64,000 nucleotides of DNA. It comes from Octopus vulgaris (Eukaryota). The position numbers were made by a program, and so were the translations under genes. Shown piece after piece: positions 1 to 12,039 of the stretch. Below the pieces are notes generated by a model that searched no databases, was not told the origin of the DNA, and was given only the letters and a program-made list of their open reading frames with translations. The stretch's first letter is position 1. The number at the start of each line of letters is the position of its first letter. The stretch covers positions 3,472,001-3,536,000 of the forward strand of contig OX597815.1 in NCBI GenBank assembly GCA_951406725.2, given 5' to 3'.

Positions 1-16
1 AGCATCGTCGTCGTCG

Positions 17-60
<44 letters not shown>

Positions 61-290
61 GCCACCGCCACAAACATCTCTACCACCACCACCACCACCA
101 TCATCACCATCATCACCACCATCATCATCATCATCATCATTATCATCATCACCATCATCACTATCACTCCCACCGCCACCACTACTACCACCGCCACCGC
201 CGCCGCCATCATCATCCCCACCGCCACAACCATCAGTACCACCAGCACCACTAGCGCTGTCGTCATCGTCGTTGTTGTTGTTGTTGTTAT
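1..290. repeat. Compound (CAT)n/(CAC)n/(GTT)n trinucleotide microsatellite
   Basis: Direct reading of tandem triplets. Confidence 0.95.
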
Positions 291-630
291 TGGACATCTT
301 CACTTTCTGCCCCCCACCCGCCACACCATTCCCCACTTCCTTGTTATCATTTCCATCGTGAAACAGATACAATCACTTAAGACAACAATCTCTCCAATTG
401 TGGCACCACTACCACCACCACAACAACAACAACCTCAACTGTAATGTACACCTACCATTACACCACTGCACTCGACACAGTCCTGTTATTGATGTTCGTC
501 TAGTTGCTGTTGATGAAGAGTCTATTGGTGGCCGTGATGATAGTGATGCTGGTGGCGGTGTACCATCATCATCACCATCACCATCACCATCACTACATTG
601 GATATCATACATATACGTTAAGCTGTATAT

Positions 631-752
631 ATAAATAAAAATAAATGCGCCCTTTTTAAAGCCTAGCCAGGCTCATGGGCCCGGTTTCCCGGTTTCAATG
701 GCGTATGTGTTCCCCAGCTGGACGGGACGCCAGTCCATCGCAGCGTTAATCA
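631..752 (-). mobile_element. 3' tail fragment of the tRNA-derived SINE family seen at 7016-7273
   Basis: Near-identical reverse complement of about 7160-7275 (GCGATGGACTGGCGTCCCGTCCAGCTGGGGAAC...GGGCGCATTTATTTT). Confidence 0.9.
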
Positions 753-1763
753 TAGAAAATGTGGGATCTTCTTTCGGGGTTGTCTATCCTGCTGAAGACT
801 GCATCTAAATTTCTCTTAAATCTCGTCCTTTTGTCTTATAAAACCTCAGAAAGAACACATTAGATTGTCTTACACGCGACTAAATCGATGGGATGGTTAC
901 GTCTGGAAGTTCTTTGGGATACTGGATATGGATTGATCTGTCATTAAACAACACAGACAACAGACCAACACAACACAGACAACAGTAACAACAACAACAA
1001 CAACAACAGCTGCAACAACTTTAACAGCCACATCGGCAACAAAGATAACAAATCGTAACAAAGATAACAACAACAGCAACAACCACAGCAACAACAAACC
1101 AGCAATAATCTCCAGCGCTACTACTATTACTACTACTACTATTAGCACCACCACTATCAACAACAACAACAACACCAATAGAATGAGTGATTTTAAATTC
1201 AACGAAACTAAAGGAGAAGCCATTTTGGAGACATGGCGATGTCCTGGTTGTTGGTGGAGATGGAATTGTCTGTTTTGGTAAAATAGCTTTGGGATTTCTT
1301 TGACTCTTATATTGGTTCCAATCAACTGAGTACAACCATACTAGGGTACCATTATCAATAGATAACATTGATTTTGTACCACATATGAGCCTGGTATTTG
1401 TTCTTAATCGATACCTGTCGAATTGCTGTAATATTACATTCTAGCACGACGTCGGTTTTACACCTGTAAACAGGTGAAAGAAACATCGGAGACGCTATGC
1501 AGTAGAATGAAAATAAGGACCATTGTCTTTGATTGCTCGAAATGGGGAGTAGAAAGACAGCCGACAACTAATGAAGGGTCGTTCTTTGTATTCTTTGTAT
1601 TATGCTTTGTATTATGCTTCAAGGATTGCCACATATTAGAGGAGGATCTTAGTAATAACGGTGTAGCAAAACGGCGGTGTATCAGCATCGCCCCCAGCTC
1701 TGAGCTGAAACTAGAAGGAAAAAGAATTATATATATATATAAATATATATATATACATATATA

Positions 1764-1928
1764 TACAACAGGCTTCTTTCAGTTTCCGTCTACCAAATCC
1801 GTTCACAAGGCTTTGGTCGGCCCAAGGATACAGTAGAAGACACTTGCCCAAGGTGCCATGCAGTGGGACTGAACCCGGAACTAAATGGTTGGTAAGGAAG
1901 CTCCTTACCACACAGCCACTCCTGCGCC
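1764..1928 (-). mobile_element. tRNA-derived CORE-like SINE (family C), 5' part
   Basis: Reverse complement begins GGCGCAGGAGTGGCTGTGTGGTAAG, with B-box-like GGTTC and CCTTGGGCAAGTGTCTT; matches the copy at 52717-53126. Confidence 0.9.
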
Positions 1929-1968
1929 TATATATATATGTTTCTTCTTCTTCTTCTTCTTCTTCTTC

Positions 1969-2024
<56 letters not shown>

Positions 2025-2805
2025 GTTGTTATTATTACAGATATCCATTTATGTATGTATACCTCTTTCTTTTCGTCCTTCCTCCAACAATTTTACTCTA
2101 TGCTCTTTCCTCCTCTCTCCACATATCTATCTATCTATCTTTATATCTGTTACCTGGTCTGTATGCTAGTCTCTCCTTGTCTCTTACAAACTCTTCTCTC
2201 GCCCTCTCTCTCTCTCTCTCACACACACACTCTCTCGTTTCCTCCCACCTCTTTTACACCATCAACTGCTAGCTACCTGACATCTTGAATTTCCAATTAG
2301 GACCGGTTAATTTCATAATTAATCTACTTACCCAACTCATTTAAAACTCGGTCATCTTAAGTATTTGCCATCATCGTTGGCAATCACTCGAACCACTCTC
2401 ATTGCATAAAGACCGATGCTTCAAGGGAATGGTTAGGAGGATGAAGAGGAGATGAAGTGTGATGTTGTGACGTTCATCCTATTCCCGTATCAAGTGGCTA
2501 TAAGGCAGTAATGGCGGATTTGAACAGTCGCTCAACTATGATTTACTTATTTCCGTATTACACCGCTCGTTTTAAAAGATTGCAGAGAAGGAGGAATTTC
2601 AACCGTATTTCGTGGTATGCTACCAGAACAGCTCCTTTATAGGATCCAGTTAGCTCAAGACATCATCAGGAGGAACCACGTCCGGTTTCGGCCCCTACTC
2701 CTCTACCGTTTTGACGTGGCGGGGCCCCCCTTTCGGAGGTGTCTTCAGCTCTGCTGTTGGGTGCATGTCTTCTTTCTTCAGTTCCCTGGCCTCTGCGATG
2801 CATCG

Positions 2806-2855
<50 letters not shown>

Positions 2856-3064
2856 CGATAGCTCCCTGGTTCAAATTAGGAAAATCACCACAAAACAGTT
2901 AAAATGAATTAAAGTCTTTTTTCCAAGTTATGTCGCTTGTCTGAGTGAAAGAATATAGAAACGGATTTGAAAGCAAGATTACTTTAAAAAGTTATAATAG
3001 ATATTTATGTTTCTACATACACACACACACACACACAACACACACACGCACGCACACACAGAGG

Positions 3065-3139
<75 letters not shown>

Positions 3140-3953
3140 GTAGATAGATATGAACAGCACACACACTATACAATACACACCTACATATATACTTATATAT
3201 AGAAAGAGAGATAACGTGAGGAAGACAGAGAGGAAGTGAGAGAAAAGAGTCACAATACACCTATACACACACGTGTATTTTATATATATGCGTGTAATGT
3301 GTGTGTTCGTGCGTGTATGTGTATGTGTGTGAGTCTCTGTATAAAAGAAAAACAATTAACTCGTGGGTGGTAGTGATAGGGATGTAGTTAGTGTTGTTAT
3401 GTCGGTTGTAGGTTTTGTGTAGCAAATTAAGCCTTTTAGTTCCAGCTCATTGCAAAAGCCTATAGTCATTCTAATGAAAAGATAAACTCCCAAATTTTCT
3501 TTGACATGTCATGTATCCATACGGGAAAAATAAAAATAAATTTGTCTATTTATAACGCAGGCTGAATATCTCATTGGTAGTTTACGTCACTAAACGTGTG
3601 CTTTGCTTTTTAACACTTTAGCTGCTTCTTAATCTGGCCCAAAGTACTTACAGCCTGGTGCTTAGTCCCAGTTTCATTTTCATTTAAAACATCCATGGTT
3701 AAGAACAATCTTGTTATGGCTACCCTGCCACTTTATAGGTGTAGGGCTCCGCAATTTATATATCAAAACAGCTTCATTAAGATTCAAGCGTGAGGCTAGT
3801 CTTCGGCCATTGGGATCTGATCACAATGGCCGAAGACTAGCCACAGGCTCGAAACTCAGAGCACCAAGAAATCTGAATCAAACTGTTTTGATCCATACAT
3901 CATGTAACTCCCAATAAATGTGTTGAGAGACCTTGTTTCATTTGTCTACTCAC

Positions 3954-3988
<35 letters not shown>

Positions 3989-3989
3989 A

Positions 3990-4148
3990 ATCTTGTTACA
4001 TTCTGGGTCATGCTGAATTTCTCTGAGAACTACGGTAAGGCTATACGTGTCTGTGGGGCACTCACCCACTTGCACGTTAATTTCGCGAGTAGACTTGTGC
4101 GTTGATCGGATCAACTGGAACCCTCGTCGTCGTAACGGACGGACGGGG
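3990..4148 (+). mobile_element. 3' tail fragment of the SINE family seen at 51495-51823
   Basis: Shares CACTTGCACGTTAATTTC...GTTGATCG...CTCGTCGTCGTAAC with about 51660-51815. Confidence 0.8.
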
Positions 4149-5277
4149 TGACAGTAGGATCAACAAAGAAGTACTTCATCCAGGGAGAGATAAATATCAT
4201 GTGATATACACAGTATTTTAAAAAGAGCTACTAACAGTTTCATGCTGTGGAGACACGACAAGCACCAGGAACAATGGGATTTGTTAGCAACACTATATGA
4301 AACATACATTCATATCCACATTCATTCATAGATACATTCATTCATATATATATTGATGTATACATATATATATGTATATACGTGTGTATATGTATATATA
4401 TATGTATATATATATGTGTGTGTCTGTGTGTGTGTGTGTGTATGTGTGTATATATAAGCACTCACAATTACAGATACATACATGCACATGTATACACACA
4501 CACACACATGCATACACACACAAACCGATGCATATAAATACATATATGCATTTGTGAATCGGCGAACAAATAATTCTCACGTGGAAAGTTTGCGAAAAAT
4601 AGGAGTACTGGGGGTGGGGGGAGAAGTAGGAGGAGAGGAAGAGGAGGAGGAGAAGGAGGAGAAGAAACGGCGGAAAAGTGTCGACGACGATGGTAATGAT
4701 GATTATGGTGGTGTTGGAGATGTTGACAACGATGGTGATGTCGATTACGATGATGATGATGACGACGATGATAGTGGTGCTACTGTTTGAATCGAGTCCA
4801 GCGGATTGACAACCCTCCCCCGCCCGTCTCACCGCCACCACCATCATTAAACATTGCATTCCACCCCCTCCACCCCCTCCGCACACACACACACTGTTGC
4901 TATTGTTAATTGTTTTTCATTTCATTCACCTTGACAAAAATACAATAACTCCATTCACCGAGTTTTTCTTTACAAACGTCTCACCCCTTGCTCCCTCCCC
5001 GCCACCGCCGCCTCTCCCCTCCATTCTATATCTTCAACCCTTCGATTTTATTTCTTTCCTTCCTTTATTCAGTTCTGACCCCCCACCCCCATCTGCCACC
5101 TCCCCTCACTCCTTCCCCCACCCCCAGACTAACCTCTTACTCCTCTGTTATTCTCTCTCCAACTCTTACCGCGATTCTGTTTGGTCGTATGTCGGACTAT
5201 TTGCGCGCGCGTGTGTGTGTGTATATATATAAGCTGTATGTGTATGCGTGTTTGGACGAGTGTGTGCGTAAGTGGTG

Positions 5278-5327
<50 letters not shown>

Positions 5328-5449
5328 AGTGTGAATATAATTTTCTCTATCGGAATGTCTGCTTGGTATCTTCAGGAATTTTGCCTTTACTTCATACATT
5401 ACTAAACATATACCATATATTAACATGTGTGTGTGTTGTGTGTATATGT

Positions 5450-5499
<50 letters not shown>

Positions 5500-5813
5500 A
5501 TCGGCCTTTACCTTGGATAACATCAGTGGTGTGGAGTGGGGAGGCCGGTGTGCGTGGGCGACTGCTGGTCTTCCACAAACAACCTTGTCCGGACTTGTGC
5601 CTGGGAGGGTAACTTTCTAGGGGCAATCCCATGGCCAGTCATGACCGAAGGGGCTTTCCTCCATGTATGTATGTATTGCATAGACACGTGCATAGCCGAG
5701 CGTCGTGGTAGTGGCGAAACTTGAGACAATCCAGCGCCACTACACCATGAGGACTAAACTGGTGAAATAGAGGATCTACAGGGAGGGGGCTAAAAGAAGA
5801 TAGAAAGATAAAC

Positions 5814-5892
<79 letters not shown>

Positions 5893-6031
5893 CATGACTG
5901 TCGTGAGAAATAGTAATCAATACCGCAGAAGAGATTAATAATACTTTTACTTTTGGTAGAGTCAATCTCTAACTCCTGTGGAGTTCCATCTATGCGTTCA
6001 CAGGATCATCTCACCCACCTCCCACACACGC

Positions 6032-6075
<44 letters not shown>

Positions 6076-6558
6076 ACTTTTTTTCTTTGCCTCACACATA
6101 AACATACACGTACACACATCTGAGAGAAATAAATGCCAGGTAAACTTATGAGCATGTACTTGTAAGAAACATACACTTTAACCTCATTGTGAAAAGTAGA
6201 CTCTGTCTGAAGGAATCACACGTATTTATTATAGCGACAAAATCTGGTTTCGGCCTTTATCATAGATTCGTCAGATGTAGGCACAATAGCTATTATTCAT
6301 TATGAGCCCATATACGTCACACTTTCTATGTAGTCCTGTACTACATAAAGAACAAAGATGGCATAGCGGACGTCCAAGAAATTTAGTGTGATTTTTTGGG
6401 GAGGAAAATTAGTATAGAAATCTTATATTTTGAGCACACTTTTGCTTGGGGCAGAAAAATGTACACCTTACTACAGACATATAAAGAGACTTGAACCCTT
6501 TCACATGGGATCTCTGCTCAACATCTGCAACATATAATGGCAAGATAAGATATTGAAT

Positions 6559-6727
6559 ATTATTTACATTATTTACATTTGACGGATGTTTGTCCTCATG
6601 TTGTTTGTTGTCGACACAACGTTTCGGCTGATATACCCTCTAGCTTTCATCAGGTGCCTTGGGGGAAATTTCAAACCTGGGTTTGCATAGCCCGCGCTCT
6701 TAACCACTACGCCATATGCCCGTGAGC
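6559..6727 (-). mobile_element. SINE-like element with a tRNA-like head and a hammerhead ribozyme near its 3' end
   Basis: A-box TGGCGTAGTGG (6714-6704), B-box-like GGTTTGAAATT, HHR core, tandem AATGTAAAT tail; flanked by ATAT(T/C)GAAT at 6550-6558 and 6728-6736. Confidence 0.75.
6614..6657 (-). ncRNA. Minimal type I hammerhead ribozyme motif
   Basis: GCAC-CUGAUGA-A-AGCUA..CAGCC-GAAA-C-GUU-GUGU; stem I GCAC/GUGU, palindromic AACGUU stem III; stem II partly mismatched in this copy. Confidence 0.7.
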
Positions 6728-7015
6728 ATATCGAATGGCAAAATTTTAGGAAAATGTGATATTTCCAGTATTCAAAGCATACTGCTGAGAATTCAGTACA
6801 GATGAGTAGGACAGGTTGTTAAAATGAAAGAAACCTCATTCCAAAAAATTCTTTTGTATAGCCAACAAGTATCGGATATAATGGCAAAGGAAGACTTGTC
6901 AGTTAGGTAGAAGGATAAGTTGAAGTGATCACTAAAATCTCTACAGCTTAACCCATTAAGTCCCAGAGTACTTAAATTTCTGAATATTACTTTTAAATGT
7001 TTATAGATAATTGAA

Positions 7016-7273
7016 GTGGAGGCGCGTGGCTTAGTGGTTAGGGTGTCAGCATCATGATCGTAAGATTGTAGTTTCGATTCCTGGACCGGGCAACGCGTTG
7101 TGTTCTTGAGCAAAACACTTCATTTCACGTTGCTCCAGCCCACTCACCTGACAAAAATAATTAACGCTGCGATGGACTGGCGTCCCGTCCAGCTGGGGAA
7201 CACATACGCCATAGAAACCGGGAAACCGGGCCCATGAGCCTGGCTAGGCTTTAAAAGGGCGCATTTATTTTAT
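7016..7273 (+). mobile_element. Full-length tRNA-derived SINE (head H1 + tail X)
   Basis: A-box TGGCTTAGTGG, B-box GTTTCGATTCC; 15-bp TSD TTATAGAT(A/G)ATTGAA at 7001-7015 and 7274-7288. Confidence 0.92.
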
Positions 7274-7392
7274 TTATAGATGATTGAAAATAGATTAAAA
7301 TGAAAAAAAATAATTATTAAAACTCCTTTACTTCAAGTAGAAATAGAAATACTCAGTGTCCTATAAATAGGACACTGAGACAATGTGATATA

Positions 7393-7628
7393 TATTTCTT
7401 TACTACCCACAAGGGGCTAAACATAGAGGGGACAAACAAAGACAGACAAAGGGATTAAGTCGATTACATCGACCCCAGTGCGAAACTGGTACTTAATTTA
7501 TCGACCCCGAAAGGATGAAAGGCAAAGTCGACCTCGGCGGAATTTGAACTCAGAATGTAACAACAGACGAAATACGGCTACGCATTTCGCCCGACGTGCT
7601 AACGTTTCTGCCAGCTCGCCGCCCTTAT
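7393..7628 (-). mobile_element. tRNA-derived SINE family M (core GTCGACTTTGCCTTTCATCCTTTCGGGGTCGATAAA)
   Basis: 14-bp TSD GACAATGTGATATA at 7379-7392 and 7629-7642; homologous to 58976-59405. Confidence 0.92.
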
Positions 7629-8059
7629 GACAATGTGATATAGCTTATTTAAGGTTCTCATTTAGTGTCCTATTTATAGGACAGCAGGAATTAATGGGTT
7701 AACTTGGGGGAGACATTGCCTAAATCGATCTGCATGGTGTAAAATGTGTCAGGATGCATACAAACAATTTGAGTTGAAGAAAAAGAACAATAAAACAGAC
7801 ACGTTTGCCCAATCCTAGACAGAACCAAGATCCTCAATGTTCCCAGTGGGACTTCATAGAAAAATCGATTCCTCGACTCAAATTACATTCACGCATCCAT
7901 CACAAACAGATGCAGATTCTTAGTGTTTCTATTCTTCTTTCAAAAGTTGTTTTCTCACTTGTTTTTTTTTCTTTAAATTCTATCCTTCAAACACTCATAA
8001 GTCGAAATCGACGGGAGTGACCCTTATTATTATTATTATCATCATTATTATTATCTCTT

Positions 8060-8383
8060 TATCACAGATTTTGTTGGAGCTCCTGGAGTCTTGCGGGCTT
8101 GCTACCTGCAACCTACGGTACCAAGCTATTCGTTCTGTTCAGCTCTCTAAAACTTTCCTCATTCTGGCTTTCTTTACAAGCATTCTCTGGATGACCACCA
8201 CACCTGTGCTGCTCAACCACAGAACACCTGCCAGAGGAAATACGTTCACCTTTGGCTCCAGCCTCATTAACACCATTATTTGTTACATTTGTATTGAACA
8301 TTTTCACTTAACATTGAGGTGTGTGTTTTAAGGTTAGCTATCAACCCGTATTTTTATTGAGACACCATCTCTAATAAGATTGC
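8060..8383 (-). mobile_element. Probable 5' end (UTR + ORF start) of an R4/Dong-like LINE
   Basis: Starts directly after (AAT)n; the peptide NGVNEAGAKGERISSGRCSVVEQHRCGGHPEN resembles Dong-type ORF N-termini (recalled pattern, not aligned). Confidence 0.4.
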
Positions 8384-8435
<52 letters not shown>

Positions 8436-8436
<1 letters not shown>

Positions 8437-8650
8437 TCCTTCTTTCTTCAAATTTTCTTCCATTTCTCGCCGAGTGTTTTCCGTACACCTAGGGCAGAGA
8501 AGCTCATTGCATGCATTCCCAGATTACACACGCAAATTCAAAGGTAAAATATGTATTTAAAAAAATTAATGAATGAATAAAGTCATGAATGGATGTTGTT
8601 TTCACAGCGATAATGCTCTTGTCAGTACATGAGTCGTTCCAGTTAACACG

Positions 8651-8652
<2 letters not shown>
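8436..8652 (-). mobile_element. 3' end of an R4/Dong-clade LINE embedded in (TAA)n
   Basis: ORF end VLTGTTHVLTRALSL*; 3'UTR motif GCCCTAGGTGTACGGAAAACACTCGGC shared with 11896-11921; TAA arrays on both sides. Confidence 0.8.
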
Positions 8653-9723
<1,071 letters not shown>

Positions 9724-10681
9724 ATACGTATACGTGCATGGAGAGGTGATGAGACCGCAAGAGATAAATGTTATAAAATTTATGTAGGTTGCTTTCGTGA
9801 TTTTTTTCCATCTTTTACTTTCTGTTTTCATTTTCTTTTTCTGTTTTTTTGTATGTTTTTTTTTTTCATTTCGTTCTTTTATTTATTTTCCGAAGGGTGG
9901 CGCCTTTGATGGCCTTGGAAGATATTGCACTATGTCGCTTGTTTCAAGTCATTACAGCCAGAAGTGAACCTTTTGATGATGGTTGTGGTGGTGGTGGTGG
10001 CGGTGGTGGTGGCGGTGGTGGTGGTGGCGGTATTAGTAAAGAGCATAATGAATATATTGGCGTGGAATCGTAAGCTGAAGAAACCACTAAACCTTCTAAA
10101 GAAGTTGGCATCAGTAAAAACGATGGCATCTACCACAAACAATAAACCTTCACCAATAACGCCAACAACAACAGCATTAAAAAAAAAACTGCAATAACAC
10201 TAACAATAATAACAATAAAAATTAACAATAGCAGCCTAGGAAAGAAACATGTGTGTGTGGGTCTGTGTGTGTGTCTATGTGTATGTGTCTATGTGTGTGT
10301 GTGTCAACAAAAACGGAGTATATAAAAACCAAAATGGTGCATAATTTTGTGATAGAGTCGGCCATTTTAAGTTTTCCGTTTTAAGGCCCGGAATAGTGAC
10401 CGGATATTGCAATTCTGTGTAATATTTCTGTAACGGTGAATAAATGAATGCCAAAAAAAAAAAAAAACAGAAAGTAGAAGGAAGTGGGGGAGGAAGAGGA
10501 GGAGGGGGATAGGAGGAGGAGGAGAGAGGGAGAGAAAAAGAAACGTTGAAAAGAGAAGGAGAATCTTACATTCATTGTAACACGCACATACATACGCGCG
10601 CATGAGCACGCGCACTTATAGAATGACATAAAAATACATACACACACATACAACCATAAAACAACACAAACATATACATAA

Positions 10682-10714
<33 letters not shown>

Positions 10715-11307
10715 AATGCATATATGTATATATAGGTATATATTTATACATATATATATTTATGCTATATATATATTTATATATATACATATATATATTT
10801 ATATATATATATATATATATATTTTATGTACATATATATATAAATATATATATATATATGTATATATATATATTTATATATATACATACATATGTATGTA
10901 TGTATATTGATTGAGAGAAAGTTTGATAGATATATATGTGACAAGTAGCCAGTATTAAGAACTACATGTGTGTGTGTGTGTATATATATATATATACATA
11001 CATACATACAGACGCACGTAGATATATAAACACACCGACGCACACCTCCATGGTGATACTGACAAAAAGAGAGGCTGCAAGAGGAAAAAGAATAAGCAAA
11101 ATAGAATAAAATAAAGGGCTTTGAAATATGTGACGAAAATTTCAGTAGAGCAATGGCGAGCCACCTGATCTTTGAGACGGTTTTGTAGCTTAATGAGGGC
11201 GGTGGTGGTGGAATGGTTGAGACGACGGTGGTGGCAGTGGTGATGGTGGTGGCGGTGGTTGTGACGCGACCGGAGTTGATGTTGATGGTGATGCTAGTGA
11301 CGAAAAG

Positions 11308-11475
11308 TAATGGTTTCCAAATTTTGCACAAGGCCAGTAATTTTGAGTGTAAGGTTCAAGTCGATTACTTCAACTCCAGGTATTTGAATTTGAACACAGG
11401 ATGTAAAGAGCCGGTAGAAATGCAGCTAAACATTTTTGTCCGAATCCCTAACGATTCTGTGAATCCAACGCGCCC
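11308..11475 (-). mobile_element. Degenerate SINE family M fragment
   Basis: TTTTGCACAAGGCCAG...GTCGATTAC...GAATTTGAAC similar to 35443-35636. Confidence 0.6.
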
Positions 11476-11476
11476 C

Positions 11477-11566
<90 letters not shown>

Positions 11567-11590
11567 GATGATGATGATGATGATGATGAT

Positions 11591-11718
11591 ACTGTATTGA
11601 AGATAAATCACTTTCAATACAGTAAAAGTATGAGCACCACAACAAACCACAGCACATACCCAAGGCACACAGAGCTGTGTTCGGTAGTACAGTGAAATCA
11701 CGTGATAAAATAAGACTA

Positions 11719-11722
<4 letters not shown>
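11591..11722 (+). mobile_element. Short 3' end of an R4/Dong-like LINE (second family) with (AAT)n tail
   Basis: ORF end ..LSIQ* then a short UTR (CACATACCCAAGGCACACAGAGCTGTGTTCGGTAG) running into (AAT)n; flanked by AAT/GAT arrays. Confidence 0.6.
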
Positions 11723-11785
<63 letters not shown>

Positions 11786-11962
11786 TCGATGTGAGAACTA
11801 TTACTACCCATGTATTTTAATTTAACTTTAAAAAAAATGGACGAACTATTGAGTTTGGTTTAATGGCCTACCAATGTATACTATGAGTTTCTTTGCCCTA
11901 GGAGTCGGGAAGACACTCGGCAAAAAATAGAAGCAAATTTGAAAGAAGAAGAAAAAAAAGAT
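11786..11962 (+). mobile_element. 3'UTR of an R4/Dong-like LINE between (AAT)n arrays
   Basis: ATGAGTTTCTTTGCCCTAGGAGTCGGGAAGACACTCGGCAAAAAATAGAAGCAAATTTGAAAGAAG is homologous to the reverse complement of about 8440-8510. Confidence 0.75.
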
Positions 11963-11965
11963 AAC

Positions 11966-11997
<32 letters not shown>

Positions 11998-12039
11998 CGA
12001 CGACGACGACGATGATGATGATGATAGTGATGGTGATGA

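Larger units (their letters stand above)
6952..7698. mobile_element. piggyBac-type non-autonomous element (MITE) carrying two SINE insertions
   Basis: TTAA TSDs (6948-6951, 7699-7702); TIRs CCCATTAAGTCC / GGAATTAATGGG; palindrome CTCAGTGTCCTAT-AA-ATAGGACACTGAG at 7352-7379 repeated near the right end. Confidence 0.8.
6400..8045 (+). pseudogene. Decayed RTE-clade LINE, 3' part of the RT ORF with C-terminal C2H2-like finger, interrupted by nested insertions
   Basis: Translatable pieces SYILSTLLLGAEKCTPYYRHIKRLEPFHMGSLLNICNI*WQDKI / NGKILGKCDISSIQSILLRIQYR*VGQVVKMKETSFQKILLYSQ / WGRHCLNRSAW..QFE / CSQW..LKLHSRIH follow the RTE post-RT pattern; ends GTCGAAATCGACGGGAGTG + (TTA)n. Confidence 0.8.

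Noticed and set aside
1525-1600. Possible permuted hammerhead (GAAA..GTA..CTAATGA; related CTGATGA at about 53370, minus strand)
   Set aside because: No pairing for stems I or II could be found; treated only as a shared repeat fragment
6240-6282. Hammerhead at about 6.26 kb (minus strand CTGACGA..GGCCGAAAC)
   Set aside because: Stem II and the cleavage triplet are disrupted; counted only as a remnant
7016-7095. tRNA gene-like A/B boxes (also at 27460, 44863 and 51495)
   Set aside because: They continue into SINE bodies with TSDs and lack a proper acceptor stem, so they are SINE heads rather than tRNA genes
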